Part shown: positions 57,448 through 64,000 of the stretch, in pieces
Layout of the letters: each line of letters opens with the position of its first letter
How positions within the stretch are numbered: position 1 is the first letter of the stretch
Notes under the pieces: model-generated
Databases searched by the model: none
What the model saw: only the letters and a program-made list of their open reading frames with translations
Told to the model about the DNA's origin: nothing
Program-made: the position numbers and the translations under genes
Source of the DNA: an uncultured delta proteobacterium
Lineage (GTDB): Bacteria; Desulfobacterota; Syntrophia; Syntrophales; UBA2185
DNA: 64,000 nucleotides
Direction: 5' to 3'
NCBI GenBank assembly: GCA_963695875.1
Contig: CAVOID010000008.1
Span: 96,001-160,000 of the forward strand

Positions 57448-59077
57448 TTACCCTAAAATTGCCTTTAAGTCTGCCTCCGGAGTCGTGATTGGTTTGATGT
57501 TGAATGTCTTAACCAGGACATCCAGAACATTGGGTGTAGTGAATGCCGGGAGAGATGGACCGAGGCGAATATTCTTTATCCCAAGGTAAAGCAGCGTGAG
57601 GAGAATAGCGACAGCCTTCTGTTCATACCAGGAAAGGACCATGGACAATGGGAGTTCGTTAACGCCCACACCAAATGCCTTGGACAGGGCTATGGCAACC
57701 TGAATGGCAGAATATGCATCGTTGCACTGTCCCACATCGAGCAATCTCGGGATTCCGCCAATGTCACCCAGGTCTTGGTCGAAAAAGCGGAACTTCCCAC
57801 AGGCAAGGGTAAGGACGACACAGTCCTTGGGAACCTGTTCAACGAATCTTGTATAATAGTTGCGGCCGGGCTTGGCACCGTCACAGCCTGCCACGAGGAA
57901 GAAGTGACGGATATTTTTGTTTTTCACCGCTTCAATAACCTTATCGGCCACACTCAGGATCGCATTCCTTCCGAATCCTACAGTAACAGACCGGCCGTTT
58001 GAATCAGCCGTGAACCCAGGCATTACAATGGCTCTTTTAATTACGGGTGTAAAATCACGGTCTACGATATGAGTAATGTCCGGCCAGCCTACCTGTCCGG
58101 CAGTAAAAATGTTGGCTTTGTAAGAGTCTTGAGGTCTCTGGATACAGTTGGTGGTCATCAGAATTGCCCCGGGAAAGGCGGCAAACTCCTTGTGCTGATT
58201 CTGCCAGGCAGTGCCATAATGGCCATAGAAATGTTCGTATTTCTTGAGTCCGGGATAACCGTGACTGGGGAGCATCTCGCCATGCGTGTAGATATAAATG
58301 CCTTTGCCCGCGGTTTGCTTGAGTAATTCTTCGAGATCTTTGAGATCATGTCCCGATATGAGAATTGCCTTTCCCCTTTTTGTACCAAGGGGGACTTTTG
58401 TCGGTACAGGGTGACCATAAGTTTCTGTGTGGGCAGCATCCAGAAGCTCCATGGTCTTTAGATTTATTTCGCCGCATTTAAGAACGAGATTAAGTCCTTC
58501 TTCGAGAGTCATCTTTTCGTCGGAAAGCGCAGCAAGCCCTTCCTGCATAAAGGCATATACGTTATCGTCCTCTTTACCCAAGACCTGGGCGTGATCCATG
58601 TAAGCTGCTATTCCCCGTATGCCAAACAAAAGGATATGCTTAAGTGATAGAATGTCTGAATTCGCGGCAGGATAGGTCTGCAAGCCAACTTTTTCACCCT
58701 GTGCGACCAGTTTGCTCAGTGTCCCGGCAGGTTTGATCAGGACGTAATCCTGCGACAAATTTACTCGTCCACTTGCCGCCTTTACCTCTTTGATCAAGGC
58801 ATCTCTGTACGTCACGCATTCCTTGAGCAGATGCATGAATCGTGAAGGGGTCAAAATTAACATTTGTAAGTGTGGAAAAAAGAGACTGGCATGTGAAAAC
58901 ATTGATATTGCGGTCATTGATGCCGACCTTTCTCCCGGCGACAGCAACAAGGGAAAGTCCTATCAAAGAGTAGGTTAGCAAGTCCTGCAGGGCGGCAACA
59001 TTCGGCTGTTTTCCGCAAACTCCGGATTTAACACATCCTTCTCCTTTAGCGGTTTGTTCACATTGGTAGCAAAACAT
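57448..59077 (-). CDS. hcp: Hydroxylamine reductase / hybrid cluster protein, one indel
   Basis: MFCYQCEQT..GC...GVCGK, YTHGEMLP, AGCDG, GQCNDAY, LSWYEQKA; AGGAGG SD. Confidence 0.96.
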
Positions 59078-59164
59078 AATGGGCCTCCTATCGAAAGTAT
59101 TGTATTCAGGCACGGTAAAGAACCTGAATATGGTCTCTTGATGTCACATGCGGAGATATGCGTC

Positions 59165-59180
59165 TTTGACTTATGTCAAA
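59165..59180. promoter_or_regulatory. HcpR-type (Crp/Fnr family) binding site
   Basis: Perfect TTTGAC-ttat-GTCAAA palindrome about 90 bp upstream of hcp. Confidence 0.75.
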
Positions 59181-59456
59181 AGACCTTAAGAAATCTTGGT
59201 TCTTCTCCTGTTTAGGTGGGAAGATGCCTTGTCTAGGCATCGATACCATTCTTCTTGATCATTAAAATATTGTGCACGCGAGTGAAAAGGTATGAATTAC
59301 CGGAAAGAAATTACTTTACTTATTTGCAGCAGGCAATAGGGATTAAATAGAAGAATAATGGCAGGTTAAAGCTACCTCTTCCCTATCAATAAACTGTCCC
59401 TTGGCTTGCAGGATCGAGGGATAGGGGTGTTCTTCATATTTTGCAGTGAATTAAAG

Positions 59457-59747
59457 TTATTTAAAAAGATCATCCAGCTTCTTGCGAATCGAGTCGTCAC
59501 TTTGTTTTGATTTATCTTCTGGGGCGGTGTCCCTGAAATTGAAATAATCGCAAAAATTGCTTCGATCCTTGTCAATGACCCTGTCGGCCTGCGGTTCATA
59601 GCACTGGTTATATGAGCCAGAATCATAGTGTCGACAATTAAGGCAGCAGCGGAGGTCCGACTGGCAGAAAGGACAGATGTCTTTCCTCCCGACAATTTTA
59701 TCAACTTTAACTTCATTTTTGCACTTGTAACATTTCTTCATAATCAT
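59457..59747 (-). CDS. Small Cys-rich hypothetical protein
   Basis: CYKC, CPFC, CCLNC, NQC, NFC; co-directional with the upstream DUF6125-like and cupin genes. Confidence 0.8.
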   Translation of the reverse strand: MIMKKCYKCKNEVKVDKIVGRKDICPFCQSDLRCCLNCRHYDSGSYNQCYEPQADRVIDKDRSNFCDYFNFRDTAPEDKSKQSDDSIRKKLDDLFK

Positions 59748-59762
59748 CCGGACATCCCGTGA

Positions 59763-60296
59763 TCATATATCTCCGATAGTAAACCTCCACCGACAGAATG
59801 TATGGTCAGGATGCGGATCAGGAGGGGCAAAGATGCATTCGACTTTTATGCGGTCGTCGATGACCTTCGCAAAATTTTCAAACTCGCCGCGGTGCATCTC
59901 TTTGCAGAAGAATTCCGGCAGACCTTTATTGACTCTTGCCACCTGAGGTGCGCATCTTGGTATGGATATGAACACCTCATCACCCTTTTCCTCAATGTCG
60001 TATCCTATAATCATAGCCCACGGAAAGAGCCTCTGGGCTTTTGCGAAACCGTGCAACCCTTTTTCTGCAATACGGAAACGCTTCAGGATATCATTGGCGG
60101 CCATACCCGCGGCCTTTGCCCAGACCCTCTCATTGATGCGCTCCGCTGTTTGCTGGTCAAACTCATCTGATACGAAGAGAAACCAGAAACCGTCAATCAC
60201 CCTGTAATGCCAGAGTAAAAACTCAAGATAGTTCTTGATTTCGGAAGGCTCCATATTTTCTAACGGGGAAAGATCAATCGGCGCTATACTTTTCAT
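59763..60296 (-). CDS. DUF6125-like protein
   Basis: IDGFWF, C..Q.AR, FFCKEMH, CIFAPPDPHP...CRWRF pattern. Confidence 0.7.
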   Translation of the reverse strand: MKSIAPIDLSPLENMEPSEIKNYLEFLLWHYRVIDGFWFLFVSDEFDQQTAERINERVWAKAAGMAANDILKRFRIAEKGLHGFAKAQRLFPWAMIIGYDIEEKGDEVFISIPRCAPQVARVNKGLPEFFCKEMHRGEFENFAKVIDDRIKVECIFAPPDPHPDHTFCRWRFTIGDI

Positions 60297-60297
60297 T

Positions 60298-60618
60298 TTA
60301 TCGATAATCCTCTCTCGCGGGATAAAAGACGTCGATGAGTTGGCAATCGGTTATCGCTTTGCCATGATGTTTCGCATTTGAAGGAATAATGACAGCGAAC
60401 CCCGGCTCAATAATTTTTGTCTCCCCTTCGATAGTAAATTGAAATGTGCCTTTTGTCACCGTTGTGATCTGCTCATTGGTATGTGAATGGTGAGGCAGTG
60501 AGGAACCCGCTCTGACATCCCAGAAGACAAGCGTCATGTTTTCAGAATGGATCATCTTTGCCGTGAATCCGGGCACGATTTCTCTTTCTTTAACGTCAGC
60601 CAGATTGATGAATGGCAT
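60298..60618 (-). CDS. Cupin domain protein
   Basis: PHHSHTNEQ, IPSNAKH, IDVFYPAREDY; GAAGG SD. Confidence 0.9.
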   Translation of the reverse strand: MPFINLADVKEREIVPGFTAKMIHSENMTLVFWDVRAGSSLPHHSHTNEQITTVTKGTFQFTIEGETKIIEPGFAVIIPSNAKHHGKAITDCQLIDVFYPAREDYR

Positions 60619-60739
60619 GATTGCGCCTTCCTTTATCAGTATCATGTCAAAGAAAAATTTTTATTGATAATGAAGTGTGTTAATGGTATTTAAAAAAATC
60701 TGTGCCATAAACTGCTAACAATCATTTGACACAAACTGC

Positions 60740-60813
60740 TGGGGGATCGTTCAATGGTAGGACAACGGACTCTGACTCCGTATATCCAGGTTCGAATCCT
60801 GGTCTCCCAGCCA
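60740..60813 (+). tRNA. tRNA-Gln (CTG)
   Basis: TGGGGGA acceptor, acgga-ct-CTG-ac-tccgt anticodon arm, GTTCGAATC, CCA. Confidence 0.96.
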
Positions 60814-60906
60814 TGAATAACAGGTGGGTTTAGCTCCATTGAGCCAAACCCATTTTTGTTTAATAAGGGCCTTGTATTACTCCTCAGGCAGTTTGTATTC
60901 TCTTTG

Positions 60907-62600
60907 TTATTTCCCTGAAATTTTAGCCCAGGAATCCCGCAATGTGACGGTTCGGTTGAATACGAGGGCTTTATCGGAGGAATCAACAGAATCCATACAG
61001 AAATAGCCGAGATCTTTCAAACTGGAATCGATTTCCTGGTGTCGCACTTGCCAGGCTTGGTTCTATCCTGCACGACTTAAGAATTTCTAAAGATTTCGGA
61101 TTCAGGTACTCAGTAAAATCCGAACCTTCCGCCAGAGGATTGGCGACACTGAAAAGACGGTCGTAAAGGCGCACTTCGGCTGGGAGTGAGTGAGCCGCCG
61201 ATACCCAGTGGATGGTTGCGTCAACCTTTCGTCCGTCAGGGGCAAATCCGCTTCGCGTTTCGGGATCATAGGTGCAGTGCACTTCGATCAACTTCTCCCG
61301 TACCCGGATCTTTAACGACATTCACGCATTTTATAAAGTAACCGTAGCGGAGACGCACTTCTCTTCCCGGGAGCCAGCCGGAAAAACTTCTTGGGCGGAT
61401 TCTCCATGAAATCGTCCTGTTCTATGTAGAGCATCACGGGAGAAGGGGACTTTCCGGGATCCCATTTCGGGTTTCTGGGGATGATAAGGGCAATCGAACT
61501 CCTCAACCCGGCCTTCCGGGTAGTTGTCGATGACCACGCGAAGCGGACGGAGCACGGCCATAACACGGGGAGCCTTTTCATTCAGGTCTTCCCTTACACA
61601 GTTCTCAAGTAAAGCCATATCTACGAGTGCTGTCATTCTTGGCAACGCCGATGCGTTCACAGAAGTCACGGATCGCTTCGGGGGTGTAACCCCGTCTTCG
61701 CATACCCGATATAGTGGGCATCTGCGGATCATCCCATCCGCTGACAATCTTTTTTTCCACCAATTCGAGAAGCTTGCGTTTGCTCATGATGGTGTAGCTG
61801 AGGTTGAGACGGGCGAATTCGATCTGCTGTGGACGGTGTTCCACTTTCAACTTCTTCCAGAAACCAGTCGTAGAGAGGCCGGTTGTTTTCGAACTCCAGG
61901 GTGCAGATTGAATGGGTGATTCCTTCGATGGAGTCCGAGAGGCAATGAGCAAAATCGTACATCGGATAGATGCACCATGTATCACCGGTTCGATAGTGCG
62001 TCTCTTTTTTAATGCGGTACATGACCGGATCCCGCATGGTGATATTGGGAGAGGCCATGTCAATTTTGGCCCGAAGGACACGGGCTGCCGTCCTCAAACT
62101 CTCCGGCCCGCATGCGTTCGAACAAATCCAGGTTTTCTTCCATTGATCTGTTCCGATAGGGGCTTTCCTTTGCCCGGTTCCGTAAAGGTACCCCGGTACT
62201 CCCGAATCTCATCCGCGCTCAAGTCGCAGACATAGGCCTTGCCCATTTTGATCAGCTGCACGGCATACTGGTAAAGCTTTTCATAGTAATCGGAGGCATA
62301 ATACAAACGATCCTCCCAGTCAAAACCCAGCCACTTCACATCCCGGATGATCGACTCCACATATTCCATGCTCTCCCCGCTCGGATCCGTATCATCCATG
62401 CGCAGATTGCAGGTGCCCCCGTACTGGAGCGCAATGCCGAAATTGAGGCAGATAGACTTGGCATGTCCGATATGGGGGTATCCATTCGGTTCCGGCGGAA
62501 ACCGGGTGGCCACACGCCCCTGATGCTTGTTGGTTTTCAGGTCCTCTTCGATAATATCTCTGATGAAATCGGACGGGAGCGATGAACTGGTCTGGACCAT
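60907..62600 (-). CDS. glnS: Glutamine--tRNA ligase, many indels
   Basis: [54 protein letters not shown]. Confidence 0.95.
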
Positions 62601-62663
62601 AGAGTTGATTTCCTTTCTCCTGCTCTAATATAAATCAAAAGATCAAGATCCATATATTGATAG

Positions 62664-63498
62664 CTACTTAATCTCGTTTAGTTTCGCCCTTGCCGTTCGT
62701 TCCTGGCTGGTGTTGGGATAATCCTTAACGACCTGCTGCAGAATAACCCTTGCGCTGGACTTATCACCCAGGATCAAGAAGGAAAATCCCTGCTTCAGCA
62801 ATGCGGACGATACTTTGCTGCCTTTAGGATAGTTTTTGACTACTTTATCGTATTCCAGGATGGCCTCTTCATATTTCTTTTCAAAATAATAACACTCTCC
62901 TATCCAGAACTGGGCATGATCAGAATATTCCGTGTTCGGGTATAGATTGAGATAATTTTTAAACTCCGTCCTGGCCTTGTCATACTTTCCTTCTTTAAAA
63001 GTTTCATAGGCTAATGTATAAAGCGACTCTTGGTCTGTTTTACCGGGTAATGCCTTCGTCGAATCGACCTGCATCTCTTTTCCGGCCCCTGCGGATTGAG
63101 CCTCCTTCTTAATCTCAAGTAATTTTTCTATGTAGCTGAGCCGGAAAGATATATCGTCAAGATTCTTTCTTATGCCCTTGTATTCTTCATCATCACGAGG
63201 CAGTCTGTGCTTTCAAGTTTGAGACATCTTTTCCTATTACTTCGCGATCTCCTTTCAGATTCTGCATATCTTCCCGCATGTCGGTAATATCTGCGCCGGT
63301 ATCGGCAAGCGTCTTGCGTAATGTACTCAAAGAATCATTAACCTTTCCGAAATCATTACGGATTCCCGCATTTTCTGCTTTTAAAGACTTGGTTTCAGCT
63401 TCAAGCTTTCCCTGCACACGCTGAAGGTCTTCTGTCGTTGCACAGCCAATGATGAATGCGAGACACACAGTCATAAAAAGGGAATAATATTTTTTCAA
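62664..63498 (-). CDS. cpoB: Tol-Pal system protein (coiled coil plus TPR lipoprotein), one indel
   Basis: Lipobox IIGC, coiled coil, AQFWIGECYY, ALLKQG. Confidence 0.85.
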
Positions 63499-63842
63499 TT
63501 TCTAGATCCTCCAATCACAATCGCATTCTAAATATCATAAACTTAAATCATTTTACATAAGAAAAAGCACAGATTTTTATTTCGCTAAATCTTATTTAAG
63601 ATAAGGAAAAGGATGCAAAACACGGATAACTGGCATGATCATCTGAAGATGAATCATTTAATATCCTGCATAAAGAGTAAAGCTCAGGTCATATATTTAT
63701 CCCTATTGCCATAGGTAGGTACCTCCTACTATTTCACATCTATTTTATGCTTATTGCATCGCATCATTATACGAATTAATCTTCAACACAGAGAGACAGA
63801 TCCTAATATCATGAAACCAATCCTGGAAGGAGGTATTCAAAA

Positions 63843-64000
63843 ATGATGAGCAAGGAAGCGAAACCCGGCAGAAATTATTTCGTTGTCAATATCGATGAGC
63901 CTTATGCCGAAAAAATATATGATGTCTTGAAAAAGGGTCAAATGGCTAAGGGAAAATGGCCGGAAGGGGATATTTCATTCGAAGAATGGAAGAAGAAGAA
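63843..64000 (+). CDS. Hypothetical protein, 5' part (cut by window end)
   Basis: GGAGG SD, then open frame MMSKEAKPGRNYFVVNIDEPYAEKIYDVLKKGQMAKGKWPEGDISFEEW. Confidence 0.65.
   Translation, partial: MMSKEAKPGRNYFVVNIDEPYAEKIYDVLKKGQMAKGKWPEGDISFEEWKKK

Noticed and set aside
49622..62600. Pseudogenisation or programmed frameshifting of rpsA, glnS and others
   Set aside because: Essential genes with conserved motifs on both sides of scattered 1-nt indels; better explained as consensus error
63580..63630. c-di-GMP-I riboswitch (ggatgcaaaac)
   Set aside because: Lacks the GGCAAA/GNRA P2 arm and the downstream P3/P1 pairing
1..64000. CRISPR array, rRNA, prophage or long tandem repeat
   Set aside because: No regularly spaced repeats, rRNA-like sequence or phage genes seen on reading

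Overview
Core chromosomal segment of an anaerobic Desulfobacterota bacterium, probably Syntrophales-like (inferred from gene content and order). It is dominated by housekeeping genes: rsmD-coaD-aspC, ispG-proS-rel, amidase-rph-rdgB-tRNA-Pro, PMM/PGM, purB, nadB, tsaD-rsmA, panCD, metK-ahcY, lptFG, nrdDG, cmk-rpsA-sppA-ihfB, mrfAB-like helicase/exonuclease, hcp, glnS and cpoB. There are three tRNAs (Pro-TGG, Met-CAT, Gln-CTG). About 20 genes, including essential ones, are split by single-base indels, so the breaks are read as sequencing or assembly errors rather than pseudogenes. No prophage, CRISPR array, rRNA or intact mobile element was seen; only an IS3-family remnant. Regulatory sites visible: a pan-type RNA leader with terminator, tandem NrdR boxes and an HcpR-type palindrome. 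The most interesting candidates are: (1) two CoA-transferase/GNAT fusion paralogs, one lacking the catalytic glutamate, with a stand-alone DRTGG protein, possibly an acyl-CoA-sensing protein-acylation system; (2) a 957-aa membrane-anchored class III cyclase with a CCHC zinc knuckle and TPR-like region; (3) a stand-alone Cys-rich sigma70 region-4 microprotein with its own promoter; (4) a co-directional hcp-hemerythrin-mrfAB run downstream of an HcpR box; (5) a motif-divergent MetK. None is proven novel without database searches.
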